DNA of 64,000 bases from Candidatus Poribacteria bacterium (GTDB lineage: Bacteria > Poribacteria > WGA-4E > JAJDTR01), in the NCBI GenBank assembly GCA_965222225.1, contig CBDCTK010000002.1:352001-416000 (forward strand). Direction: 5' to 3'. A program made the position numbers and the translations under genes. Below are positions 9,785 through 19,962 of this stretch, in pieces; within the stretch, counting starts at the first letter, position 1; each line of letters starts with the position of its first letter. The notes under the pieces are model-generated. The model ran no database searches. It was not told where the DNA came from and saw nothing but the letters and a program-made list of their open reading frames with translations.

Positions 9785-12700
9785 GTGACCAGAGATATCG
9801 TTCTAAGTATCTATTATGTGCTAATGATAAGTCTCTTCCCTGTTTGGAACCAATCCCGGGCAGACGAAGCGGAAATTTCGGAGATTCTCGTCGGACAAGA
9901 TCTGCGCTACGTAGAGGTCGGCGGTGATTATCTGTGGTTTGCAACCAGCAAGGGTGTCAGTCGATATAATGTCGACACAAAATCATGGAGTTCCTTCACT
10001 AGCAAAGATGGACTCATCAGTAACCAGGTCAACTGTATCGCCATTGAGTGGAAGGAAGGGGTTTTTCGCAAGAATCCCACTCAACGTGTCTGGTTCGGCA
10101 CTGACTCCGGTCTGTCGGTATACGACATGAATAATAACAAATGGGAGAGTTATACCGTCAAAGATGGTTTGATTGCGAACAAAATCAAGTGCATTTCTGC
10201 GCGTCGTGATTGGATCTGGGTGGGTACAGAGCAAGGCGCAAGCGCCTATCAGCGAAAGAAGGATCGTTGGCAGTCCTATTCAACGTTTTCGGGTATCGCG
10301 TCTCCTTCAGTAACAGCCATTTATCACGATTCCGTCTATGTTTGGATTGGCACAAACAGCGGCTTGGCAAGATATAATTATAGGCACAAACAATGGGAAC
10401 ACTTCACTCGGCAAAGTAGCTCGTGGATCGGCGTCAGGGGCGGCAATCGTGGTATGCCTCGTTCTCCATTGCCAAGCGAACAGATTTACGACATTCAGGG
10501 CAGTGGGGATGTCATCTATGTTGCCACAGACAACGGTCTTGTGATAGTGACAAACAAAAAATTCCGAAGTGGGGTCGATCTTGCGCGAGCTGACAAAGCG
10601 TATTCGCAATTGAAAGGCCCTGAAAGATATAACGCGGATTTGCGGACGAGAAGCCGCCGATTGTCACGGGGCGCTAATGCCGCACGGCTACGCGCAGCCG
10701 AAGCAGAATTTGGTAGGGCACAGAGATCATTTACCCGCAACGAGGTGGAAGCTTGGGCTGCCCTCGGATGGCAAATTTACCAGCCATCAATGGTTGTCCA
10801 AGACAAAGAAAAACGGGGGCTGATATCCGATCGGATTCTCGCCCTGCAAATCTCCGCAGGTCAGGTATGGATGGCAACCAACATGGGGCTTCTGAAGTTT
10901 GACACAAAGATGCAGAATTGGGATTGGCATCACCAAGAAATGGGGCTGGTGTCAGACCGGATTAGTTCGCTGGGAATGACTGGAAACACAATCTGGATTG
11001 CCACTAATCATGGACTGTCAAAATTCGGCACACTTTCGGGCAAATGGATGAACTATGCTGCAGAGCGAACGCTGCCATCCGCCAACGTGCTGGCGGTCGG
11101 AGAAGATACAAGCGGTGTCTGGCTTGCAACTCCCAAGGCAATTAGTCTATTCAATCCGAACACAGAACGTTGGAAAACCTATACTAACGAAGAAGGTTTG
11201 GGTGGTGGAAGGGTCGCGTGCCTTGATGTCGTTGGCAATTATGTCTGGATTGGAACCGACCAAGGTATTTCACGGTTTGACAAATCTGATGAAACATGGA
11301 CGTACTTCCAGGCAGCCAAGAGCGGGTTGGTAGCCGATGAGATCACTACGACCTTAGTCGATGGCAAACACATTTGGATTGGCACCCACCTTGGACTCAA
11401 CAGATATGACAACACTACGGGGGAGTGGAGAGCGTTTTCTACACGTTTAGGGTTGGCAGGCGATCGGATTAACGACCTCGCCGCTGACCCGAGCTACGTG
11501 TGGGTTGGCACGGAAAAAGGGCTGTCCCGTTATAGCAAGTCGGATGATAGTTGGAACACAATTTCCGAATTGGGAGAAGTTCGCGTTCTTGCAATTGCCC
11601 AAAATGACGGCAAGCTTGCGGTCTCAACTGAGCGCGGGATTTATCTCCATGACGACGGATTAAGCTGGCGTCAGCTTCAAATCAAGCCGGAGCGTCCCAG
11701 CGATACCATCGTTCTTGATGGAGAACTACTCTGGCTGGGTGGCTGGCGGCACCTAGAGAGGTACGACATTCAATCCGGTCAGACCCGTAAGTTTACCGAA
11801 GAAGACGCTCAAGGGCTTTCTCGTGTGCGAGTACACGACATCAAGAACTCACTTCGTTATATTTGGGTCGCAACAGATGGAGGAATATACAGGTATAACA
11901 AGACAGATAATACATGGTGGAGTTATGCCCCAAGTCGAGAACGCGGCGCCACGGAAGTGCTTGCTGATCGAAACATCTTGGCAATCGCTGTAGGTGATGA
12001 ATTTCTCTTCGTAGGTACCCCAAGAGGGATTAGCAGGTACGACAAAATAGCGGATTCATGGCTGAACTATACCCCGAAAGACGGCTTGATTCACCATTAC
12101 GCTTCCAGCCTAGCTTGGGACGGGGAATTTCTGTGGGCAGGGACGCTTGGCGGGTTGAGCAGATACAGCTTGGGCACCGACCGGTGGGCTAACTTCACAC
12201 GTGCCCAAGGACTGTGTGACAATCGTATCAATGCGATTGCCGAATACGAGAATGTGTTGTGGATTGCTACGCAAGGAGGCGTTTCACGCTACGACACGCG
12301 CGCCGGGACTTGGCGGACATTTACTACCGACGATGGGCTTCCGCACAACATTGTCTGGGCAGTGGCAGTTGATGATGATAAGGTCTGGATTGGCACAAAC
12401 AACGGAGCGGCAAGATACAATGCTTCGGAAGATGAATGGCAAGTTTTCACGACGGTTGATGGTCTGATTAACAATGTTGTCAATTCTATCAGCGTGGAAG
12501 ATAAGTATATTTTTCTAACAACTCCTGCTGGAGTGGCGATTTACGACAAGGAGATCGGTTCCTTATCTCCCTATTCACGCAAAGACGGTTTGATTGCCAG
12601 CGATGCCAAGAGCATAGGGTCCAAAGAGAAGTATCACTGGATTGGCACCGTTGACGGTATCACACTCTACAACCAAATTACTGATCTCTCGCGGGACTTT

Positions 12701-14080
12701 ACGGTGACAGAGGGATTGCCTTCCAACAACATCCAGGTTGTCGCTGTCGATGGCGATGAAATCTGGTTTGGTACAGACGCCGGACTAGCGCGGCATCATT
12801 GGAGAAGCGGCATCTGGACAGTCTATTCTGAGGCGCCTACGGAAGTTGTCTCTACTTCCTTGGATTTAATGGGTAACAACGTGAAATCAGTGATTTCTGA
12901 TGGTGACACTCTCTGGGTTGGAACTCGAGTCGGATTGGCGCGATATGACAAAATCTTACATACTTGGCATGTCGCCAATTTGGGATATGATCTGCTCAGA
13001 AGCACGGAAAACGCTCAGACAGTTGACCTGAAGAGGGCCGTCGATAACACGGTCGAGGCGGTCGAGGAAGCGCTGCAAGCAACATCGCCCACAACGGAAC
13101 AGAAGGTTTACGTTGAATACGATCCTGTCGTAGCGCAAGAAAAAGCGGTTCAAGCTCTCCATCAAGTGATTATTCAGAAGACTCCCATGCCGAATGATCC
13201 GATCATTCCTTCCCCATTTTTGGATCTCGACATCACCTTTCCACCGAGCCCTGTGGTTCGCGTCATTGAGCCGATCTTAGGCACACTCTGGATAGGCACA
13301 GAGGCCGGAGTAATTATTTATAACAAGGCACGTGAACAGGTAATCAAAACGCATCCTTTACTTCCGTGGGTGCGGGAAATCAAATACCATCAGGGCAGAA
13401 CTTGGGTATTGTGCGATGATATGATTGCAATTCGTGATTTGAAGGCTGATTCATGGGTGCTCATATCGGGACCGCAAGTGGTAGAGCAAACACGCGCTAG
13501 GACATCCGTGGGCTACACTGAAAAGATTGAAACCGCGTCCGAGGACTGGGGTATTGTCGAATGTACAGCAATGACGTTCATGGGGGACCAGATCTGGATC
13601 GGTCGCGAAAATGGGTTGAAGGTACTTAAAATGGATTTTCCACAATTCGAAATCGCGTCCGAAATCAACATCCCCGAATACCTTCAGGAGGCAGAAATCA
13701 CCGCGCTTGATTTCGACGGACGCGACACTTGGATAGGAACCAGAAATGGACTGTTTCAATATCACTCAGAGACGGGTGCATGGAGGCCTTACACTATTCT
13801 CAACGGTCTCGCCGGTAATGAGATTAGTGCCATAACCGCAGGCGACAAATCTATCTGGGTTGGCACGGCAGGTGAGGGACTTAGTCGGTACGACAAATCA
13901 GCACAGGAATGGGCGAGTTTTAGGCTTGAGGACGGTTTAGCGGACAACAACATCCGCAGCATAGCGCTTGATGGGAAGTACATCTGGATCGGAACGTTCT
14001 CGGCTGGAGTTTGCCGGTACGACCTAACGACTGAACTTTGGACAATCTATCAGACAGCAAATCAACTCGCGCGTAGATGA
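9785..14080 (+). CDS. Very large secreted multi-beta-propeller protein (two-component regulator propeller repeats), no kinase domain
   Basis: Signal peptide; dozens of ~40-aa repeats W(I/V)GTxxG(L/V)SRYD...W..(F/Y)T..DGL..N.(I/V); RBS AGGAGG. Confidence 0.85.
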   Translation: MTRDIVLSIYYVLMISLFPVWNQSRADEAEISEILVGQDLRYVEVGGDYLWFATSKGVSRYNVDTKSWSSFTSKDGLISNQVNCIAIEWKEGVFRKNPTQRVWFGTDSGLSVYDMNNNKWESYTVKDGLIANKIKCISARRDWIWVGTEQGASAYQRKKDRWQSYSTFSGIASPSVTAIYHDSVYVWIGTNSGLARYNYRHKQWEHFTRQSSSWIGVRGGNRGMPRSPLPSEQIYDIQGSGDVIYVATDNGLVIVTNKKFRSGVDLARADKAYSQLKGPERYNADLRTRSRRLSRGANAARLRAAEAEFGRAQRSFTRNEVEAWAALGWQIYQPSMVVQDKEKRGLISDRILALQISAGQVWMATNMGLLKFDTKMQNWDWHHQEMGLVSDRISSLGMTGNTIWIATNHGLSKFGTLSGKWMNYAAERTLPSANVLAVGEDTSGVWLATPKAISLFNPNTERWKTYTNEEGLGGGRVACLDVVGNYVWIGTDQGISRFDKSDETWTYFQAAKSGLVADEITTTLVDGKHIWIGTHLGLNRYDNTTGEWRAFSTRLGLAGDRINDLAADPSYVWVGTEKGLSRYSKSDDSWNTISELGEVRVLAIAQNDGKLAVSTERGIYLHDDGLSWRQLQIKPERPSDTIVLDGELLWLGGWRHLERYDIQSGQTRKFTEEDAQGLSRVRVHDIKNSLRYIWVATDGGIYRYNKTDNTWWSYAPSRERGATEVLADRNILAIAVGDEFLFVGTPRGISRYDKIADSWLNYTPKDGLIHHYASSLAWDGEFLWAGTLGGLSRYSLGTDRWANFTRAQGLCDNRINAIAEYENVLWIATQGGVSRYDTRAGTWRTFTTDDGLPHNIVWAVAVDDDKVWIGTNNGAARYNASEDEWQVFTTVDGLINNVVNSISVEDKYIFLTTPAGVAIYDKEIGSLSPYSRKDGLIASDAKSIGSKEKYHWIGTVDGITLYNQITDLSRDFTVTEGLPSNNIQVVAVDGDEIWFGTDAGLARHHWRSGIWTVYSEAPTEVVSTSLDLMGNNVKSVISDGDTLWVGTRVGLARYDKILHTWHVANLGYDLLRSTENAQTVDLKRAVDNTVEAVEEALQATSPTTEQKVYVEYDPVVAQEKAVQALHQVIIQKTPMPNDPIIPSPFLDLDITFPPSPVVRVIEPILGTLWIGTEAGVIIYNKAREQVIKTHPLLPWVREIKYHQGRTWVLCDDMIAIRDLKADSWVLISGPQVVEQTRARTSVGYTEKIETASEDWGIVECTAMTFMGDQIWIGRENGLKVLKMDFPQFEIASEINIPEYLQEAEITALDFDGRDTWIGTRNGLFQYHSETGAWRPYTILNGLAGNEISAITAGDKSIWVGTAGEGLSRYDKSAQEWASFRLEDGLADNNIRSIALDGKYIWIGTFSAGVCRYDLTTELWTIYQTANQLARR

Positions 14081-14090
14081 AACACTCTAG

Positions 14091-14229
14091 TGTATCCAAA
14101 CACCGTCCGGGACGTACACTTAGTGCTTGGGCTCATACGGGGTAGGCATGAATGAAGCCGCTGAGTGAAAAATCGCCGGAGGCGGGAAGAGGTAAGTAAG
14201 GACGGAGGACCGAGACGGGTGAGGATACA
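14091..14229 (+). ncRNA. Candidate structured ncRNA (6S-like rod)
   Basis: Intergenic. End-to-end pairing by eye: TGTATCC/GGATACA, CACCGTC/GACGGGTG, ACTTA/TAAGT, GCTCA/TGAGT, with an asymmetric central loop. No covariance model was run. Confidence 0.35.
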
Positions 14230-14274
14230 ACGCATCTTCAGTCGGAAAAGCGAAAACACGCTTCCAATATTTTA

Positions 14275-15447
14275 GTGATAAATCTCTCTCACTCACCCTC
14301 TCTCCCGATGCAGCGTCGGCGGAATCATCGAATCACACTCGCCTCATGGATGCTGTCGCTGCTGCTCAACGCTTTGATCCTATATCTTTTCACATTCCTC
14401 CCTCAACGCTATCCGGAGACTTCCGACGATGCGCTGCAAGTGGACACGGTTACCATGCCGACTGAACGATTTCCCAAAACTCGCGTTATCCCGCGTTCGA
14501 GATTAACTCGTTCTAACCACCCCGTCGAAGTGACTCCGCCAAAGCGTCACTCCGCTCCAACGCCGACCTTATCGCTCGTCACATCCGCTCGTCCTACGGA
14601 ACGAGTACCAAATGAAACAATTCTATCCTCATCGGACGAAGTGATGCCAATAGAAGGCAATCAGATTGCCATTGAATTAAACACTCACTTGGCTGCTTCC
14701 ACTCCAAATACACCGGTGGGTTCCAAAGTAGAATCTGCACGGAATAAGAGTCTTTCTGTTGACGCTCCGGCGCGAAAACAGGGGTGGCTGGATAAGTTGC
14801 GAGGAGAAGTCGGAGCTTCGCCGCAGGCTCAAGTGAGAAGCTCCGGCAAAGAACTGAGCGGTTATTATCACATTGCTACTGTGCAGCACGAAGACACTGC
14901 CGACACCGTCCGGAACAAAGTGTTGGGGCGACTAGTAGGTGCGATGAATCGCTGGACCAACGTGCGCACCAAACTCCTCCCCGGGAATTCGCCGCTGGCT
15001 GACCCGGAAATTCAGCGAATCCCGCTAATCTACATTACGGCAACAAGCGCCTTCACCTTTTCCGAGCAGGAGCGTGCGAATCTGGAGACATATCTTCAAA
15101 ATGGTGGGACGCTTCTATTTTCAGACCTCTCACAGGATTGGGGAAATGAGGGCGCAGTCGCAAATTCCGTCCGGTTTGAACTTTGGAAAATATTGGGCGA
15201 AAGTGCAGATTTGCATCCTGTCGATCCGGGAGAGCCTATTTGCAATAGTTTCTTTGAATTCAAGAAGGGACCGCCTCTTGTAGATGAGAAACGAGGGCAA
15301 TTCTCTGTGCTGCGACTGGATGGCCGGACTGCCGTCTTCTACGATGCGGCAGGATTGGGCTTAAAGTGGATGGAAAATGACCCAGATGAAAAGTGGCTGC
15401 GATGGGGCGTAAACCTGATTGTGCATACCCTTGCCTCTTGGCGATAA
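14275..15447 (+). CDS. DUF4159 domain protein with N-terminal membrane anchor and Pro-rich linker
   Basis: TM segment SWMLSLLLNALILYLF; C-terminal PLIYIT...FSEQERANLETYLQNGGTLLF...RWGVNLIVHTL typical of DUF4159. Start may be ATG 14308. Confidence 0.75.
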   Translation: MINLSHSPSLPMQRRRNHRITLASWMLSLLLNALILYLFTFLPQRYPETSDDALQVDTVTMPTERFPKTRVIPRSRLTRSNHPVEVTPPKRHSAPTPTLSLVTSARPTERVPNETILSSSDEVMPIEGNQIAIELNTHLAASTPNTPVGSKVESARNKSLSVDAPARKQGWLDKLRGEVGASPQAQVRSSGKELSGYYHIATVQHEDTADTVRNKVLGRLVGAMNRWTNVRTKLLPGNSPLADPEIQRIPLIYITATSAFTFSEQERANLETYLQNGGTLLFSDLSQDWGNEGAVANSVRFELWKILGESADLHPVDPGEPICNSFFEFKKGPPLVDEKRGQFSVLRLDGRTAVFYDAAGLGLKWMENDPDEKWLRWGVNLIVHTLASWR

Positions 15448-15545
15448 CCACGTCGATTTCTTGTAAGTTACCCTTATGAGAGGTGATGCAGCACACATAG
15501 GCACGAGCGGCGATAAGGCGTAAAATACCCTAGATGGAGTTGACT

Positions 15546-15632
15546 TTGGCTAAACCCAAACCTTCTCGACTTGACTACCGTGAGCATTTTCTCAGCAGTC
15601 CAATTAGTTACGCAATTAGTAGTTTCAGGTGA
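15546..15632 (+). pseudogene. Remnant of an IS701-family transposase N-terminus
   Basis: Translates MAKPKPSRLDYREHFLSSPISY, resembling the recalled IS701 N-terminal pattern KPTRLDYCQYLLSSxINY; then stops. Confidence 0.4.
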
Positions 15633-15638
15633 GCATAT

Positions 15639-16013
15639 GTGAAAAAGATTCGAGTCGCACAAGTTGGCTGTGGCGGGCGAGGAATCGCCCACCTTGAAGG
15701 ATAGCTCGCCAATTGCGCCACTACGATATTGTTACCCTCCGTGAGTTGGACGGAAGCGCGTATGAGGACGGCAACTGAGCGTCTCGGGATTGAGGCAGAA
15801 CTCTACGCGGAAGCTGACCGCATGTTGGCCGAGACCAAGCCAGATTCGCTTTGATTCGCCGCAATGCCGAATGTACGGCTATTAATGGTGGAGTTAGCTG
15901 CAAAGCATTCGATTAGAGGTCTGGCTTTCGAGAAGCCTATGGCACTGCAGTCAGAGGCAAACCGAATCGCCGAACTTTTTCGCGACGGCGGGCAGGCAGG
16001 TCTCGGTGCCGGC
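15639..16013 (+). pseudogene. Gfo/Idh/MocA oxidoreductase pseudogene (N-terminal part)
   Basis: VKKIRVAQVGCGGRG Rossmann motif, in-frame TAG after codon 21, further disruptions, then the EKPMA motif; truncated at the 3' end of the convergent high-GC gene. Confidence 0.75.
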
Positions 16014-18893
16014 TCAAAACTCTGGGATATTGACCACCGCTCCAAAGCGTGCATCTCCCTCGTCAAAACGGTAGCTGTACCTCACGCCCATATCCCATGG
16101 GATGAACAGTGAAAAGAGTCGAAAATCGAAGGTCAGCTCGGCACCCGCCGTCTGATAGGTAGTGTGCTGAGACCCGTCCTTGCCCAAGCCGAAGTCGTAA
16201 AAAAAGTTGGACTTGATACGCTGGAGGTACACCAACGCCCCCAAGTTCCAGTCCGGGTAGAACAGCGGCAAGGCATAGTTGGCCGACCCCTGATAGAAGT
16301 GGCGATGGAAGTGGTAGTCGTAGCCGCGGACAAAGACCTGTTCGCTTGCAAAACGGTAGAGATTGGCATCATCTTGCCACTCGTAAGTACCCTTCAGTCG
16401 CAGGCTGTGGTGAGCCCAGAGACCGGGAAAGGTCAACCCCAGCCGCCCTGACAACAAGGTGACGTCGTAGTCGCCCGGAAAGGGCGTGTGGCGGTAGGTC
16501 AGTTGCAAACTCTGGCTCCAGGCCGGGGCCAGATCGCGCTTTGCCTTATGGCGCGACCGAGATAAGGCGAGCTGGTACGACACCGGCGCAAAACGCCGGT
16601 TCAGGTTTTCCTTGAACAAGCCGCTTGTATCGGGATGGTTTGGGTCGTTCTCGTCGGTGATATCGGTCAACTCTGCCTTTACGCTCAAATTGGCGGAAGA
16701 ACTCCAGGGGCCACGGGATAAATTCAAGGGCACTTCGACGACGGCATGCAGGCTCTTTTCGGTCCACTTCTCAGTGATTTCCTCTATGTCAGTGTCGTCT
16801 TTAGTACCATCTTCCTCTTCGATTTCGTAGGCTCCGATCCGCTTGCCCCAGCGTCCACCCACGCTGAAAATGGGATACGACGCCGACAAGCTGAAATCGC
16901 CCAAGACGCTGAAGGCGTCCTCGTTGCTATTGTATTCGACCCCGCTGGTCAAGCTGCTGAGATCGAGCAAATCACTGGACGTGAGTTTGAGGGAGTGGTT
17001 TGCCCCGTCTGTCCGAGGAGCCCAGCTGTGGATCTTGAGCAGATGGCCCAGTGGTCGATAGCGGCGTACCGGGTAGACCTGCCGAGGGATGTTCACCAAT
17101 ACGCTGCCGCCCTGCTCTTGGTCAATCAGCGGTTCGTAATAGCGTACACGGCGATCCACTACCTGCTCGATCGGTGTCCAGGTCGTCGGGTCTAGAGGCA
17201 TGACCGCGATGCGGTAGCCGTCAACAGTGTAATCCTCGAACAGGAGCGAATCGCCGTACACGGACACATGGGTGGCAGCCAGTGGTCGAGAGGTCACCTG
17301 GTAGTGGGCCCCGCTCGATAGGTGGACAGCGTGGATATTGTCGATACCCGAATAGGGCGAGTCGAAAAGCAGGTAGGAACCCCAGAAAATCGGCCAGCCA
17401 ATCTCGTCGCGGGTGTGCGGCAATACAATCTGCCCCTCGCCATCGACAACATCAATGTGCTCAAGCGCGTTGCCGCGTGCGTCCTGCCGCACGACAGCGA
17501 TATGGCGCCCGTCCTCCGACCACGCCGGCGTGCGCCAATACACCCCGTCGGGGGCTGGAAAACGCGCCTGCTCCTCGCCACTGGCTGTTTCCAACAGCAC
17601 CAAGTGGCAGCGCCGGTCCGGTCCGAATTCAATGGCGGCGAGGCGTGTGCCATCGGGCGAAGGAGCGGGCGCGAACAACTTGGATTTGTGGGTGAGTTGG
17701 TGCATCCGGCCGCTGGCAATGTCCAGCACCACCACGTCAGAATAGTCGCGACGGCCCCAGCGCATATCCGGGATAAAGCGGTTCCAAGCTATTTTGCCGC
17801 CGGCCACGCGAATACCGCCCAGGGGTGAGTAGAAGCGCACTCGCTCCTCGCGGCCGTCGGGATACAGCCGTATCAGCGTCGCCGGGTCAGCCATGCCGCT
17901 CTTGCTCGCCAGCACGCTGCCGTCTGCCAGGTAATGCGGGTATTTGTAGTTAGTCCATACGCCCGACTGGCTTTGCCCGGCGAGCACCCGCAACGGCGTT
18001 GTGTGCAGGTCTTTTTGCTGTACCTGCCACAGCTCGGTCAACTCGTCCATCGTCCGCTCGTAGGTTTGGGAGGCGCTGGCACCGGTGTGTTTCTTGAGCG
18101 CACGGTTAAAAGCGAAGGGATGGAACGCCCGGTTGGCGAAACTGCCCATCACCTTGTCCCACATCTCCGGACCGTAGCGGCGCTTGACGTTGGTCGTCAT
18201 AAAATACCCCAGCGTGTAGTGGTCGGGATACCAGTCGTGGTACGAGCGGTGGTAGGCCTTGTAGTAAGAATAGCGCCGTCCCGCCAGAAGCGGGGCCCGG
18301 ATGCCCAGATCGAACTGGGGCATGCGCCCACGCCCGCTCTCGCTCAGCGCCGTCTCGATCCCCACCGCATCCCCCTCCGAAAACCACTTCGGCTCCAACA
18401 GACCACCCACCAGGGATTCGCCTGTTTCGCCCGACAGCGCCCACCACAAGCGGATAAAGCCCCGGCGCATGCGGTCGGTCTGCACCACGTGGCGCATCTC
18501 GTGGAGCGCCAAGAGTTGCAACCACTCGCCGGCGAGGCCGCCAACGTTCTGGTCCGGGGTGGTTGACCACAAGCTGCGGCGCGGTGCCAAGCCGACAAAA
18601 CCGTTAGACACGGTCGTTTGGTTGGTCAGCACGACCTCCAGCGGCTTTTGCGGTCCCCGCAGCGTTTTGGAGACGGGGCCGTAGGTGTGTTCGAGCGTAT
18701 TGGCTAACCGCTGGACGTCGTTGGTAATTTCCTCGGGGAAAATGATCGTGAATCGATCTGTTTTAATCTGTCGCCAGTCCACGCCGGGCGGGGTTTGCCC
18801 CGAGAAAAAGTTTTGCTGCGCGAACGACGGGCGGGCAATCAGCACCGCCAGCGCAATTGCTACCAGCGTCTTGGTTATCATCATAGCCATCAT
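16014..18893 (-). CDS. Secreted gluzincin-like peptidase + TolB-like propeller + C-terminal outer-membrane barrel-like region
   Basis: Signal peptide; HEMRH plus downstream WFSEG (third Zn ligand); PD40-like repeats (PAPSPDG, PAWSEDG); amphipathic C-terminal strands ending in F. Confidence 0.75.
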   Translation of the reverse strand: MMAMMITKTLVAIALAVLIARPSFAQQNFFSGQTPPGVDWRQIKTDRFTIIFPEEITNDVQRLANTLEHTYGPVSKTLRGPQKPLEVVLTNQTTVSNGFVGLAPRRSLWSTTPDQNVGGLAGEWLQLLALHEMRHVVQTDRMRRGFIRLWWALSGETGESLVGGLLEPKWFSEGDAVGIETALSESGRGRMPQFDLGIRAPLLAGRRYSYYKAYHRSYHDWYPDHYTLGYFMTTNVKRRYGPEMWDKVMGSFANRAFHPFAFNRALKKHTGASASQTYERTMDELTELWQVQQKDLHTTPLRVLAGQSQSGVWTNYKYPHYLADGSVLASKSGMADPATLIRLYPDGREERVRFYSPLGGIRVAGGKIAWNRFIPDMRWGRRDYSDVVVLDIASGRMHQLTHKSKLFAPAPSPDGTRLAAIEFGPDRRCHLVLLETASGEEQARFPAPDGVYWRTPAWSEDGRHIAVVRQDARGNALEHIDVVDGEGQIVLPHTRDEIGWPIFWGSYLLFDSPYSGIDNIHAVHLSSGAHYQVTSRPLAATHVSVYGDSLLFEDYTVDGYRIAVMPLDPTTWTPIEQVVDRRVRYYEPLIDQEQGGSVLVNIPRQVYPVRRYRPLGHLLKIHSWAPRTDGANHSLKLTSSDLLDLSSLTSGVEYNSNEDAFSVLGDFSLSASYPIFSVGGRWGKRIGAYEIEEEDGTKDDTDIEEITEKWTEKSLHAVVEVPLNLSRGPWSSSANLSVKAELTDITDENDPNHPDTSGLFKENLNRRFAPVSYQLALSRSRHKAKRDLAPAWSQSLQLTYRHTPFPGDYDVTLLSGRLGLTFPGLWAHHSLRLKGTYEWQDDANLYRFASEQVFVRGYDYHFHRHFYQGSANYALPLFYPDWNLGALVYLQRIKSNFFYDFGLGKDGSQHTTYQTAGAELTFDFRLFSLFIPWDMGVRYSYRFDEGDARFGAVVNIPEF

Positions 18894-18982
18894 ACTTGCT
18901 CCCTCCTTATACCAATGGATCTAGACGGCATCGGATCGGACAAGGAGATTCGCAGAACTTTTCCTGCGAATCTCCTCAACTG

Positions 18983-19211
18983 TTAATTGAACGTTGCACT
19001 GAAAAGGATACCGACGCTGTGCGTCGTGAGATTGAGTTCCTCTCCAGTTCGTAGATTCTTGTCAGGAAGAACGGTACTAGACAACTGTTCTGCAACACCA
19101 AGTCCCCAATTGTCACTCACCCACCACTCCTTACCAAGCGCTAGATTTATGCCAATACCATTATCCGATTCCAATTCCTCCCCTTCGGATTCAACAGTCC
19201 CCTTAGCGAGA
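18983..19211 (-). pseudogene. C-terminal half of a small outer-membrane beta-barrel gene
   Basis: GIGINLALGKEWWVSDNWGLGVA...GILFSATFN; the matching N-terminal half is at 19955-20292. Confidence 0.65.
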
Positions 19212-19365
19212 GAAAATGACCGTGAATCGAATCCGTTCGGATCTGTCGCCAGTCCAGATCGGGTAGGGTTTGGCCGAACAAAAAGCGTCCCTGTGCGAAC
19301 GATGGACCGGCGATTAGCACCACCGGCGCGACTGCTACTAGCATCTTGGTTAGCATCTTAGTCAT
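19212..19365 (-). pseudogene. Diverged duplicate of the 5' end of the 16014-18893 gene
   Basis: MTKMLTKMLVAVAPVVLIAGPSFAQ..GQTLPDLDWRQIRTD versus MMITKTLVAIALAVLIARPSFAQ..GQTPPGVDWRQIKTD. Confidence 0.8.
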
Positions 19366-19442
19366 CACACGTACTTCCTCCTTGATGATGATCGATAAAA
19401 CACTCCACAACTAAGCCATGGTTTAGCAACTTTAACCGGCGA

Positions 19443-19962
19443 AAGGCGTTGGGTAAACAGTTGAATACTACTGGGGTGTCTCATACCCAATTAACCAGAC
19501 TCGCACCGTTTTTCCCTCTCGTATTTCCAAAGAGGCGGCTCCTATATCCGCCCGCTCAATACTCTCATCACGAACAGCGCGATTCACGCATTTCACTGTG
19601 AAGCCCCCTCCAGACGCAAACCGACATTCCCAATAGGATAATGGCGAACGGGAGGCCAGCCGCGAGCGTGGCCGCCTGTAACGATTTTAGACCGCCGCCA
19701 AGCAGCAGCGCGATGGCGACCAGCCCCTCGACAGTACACCAGAACACACGTTGCAGCACCGGAGTGTCAATCTTGCCGCCAGCTGCGATGAGGTCAATGA
19801 TTAGGGGCCGGAGTCTGAGGAGGTAATGAAAAATACGATTGTCAGAATTATCGCGACGGATGAAAGTAGTGCCATCATCGGTAGTTTGTCAAACATTTTG
19901 AACAATGCAATTTCAAGATTATGAACTTCAACATTCTCGGTTACATCAGTATAGCCGTCAAC
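19443..19962 (-). pseudogene. Duplicated 3' fragment of the BCCT transporter plus its downstream spacer
   Basis: Near-identical to 22098-22618, with a 1-bp deletion near 19806 (TTAGGGGCC versus TTAGGGAGCC). Confidence 0.9.

Noticed and set aside
16133-18924. Many overlapping alternative-frame ORFs of 70-210 aa
   Set aside because: Shadow ORFs expected from the high GC of the real 959-aa gene.
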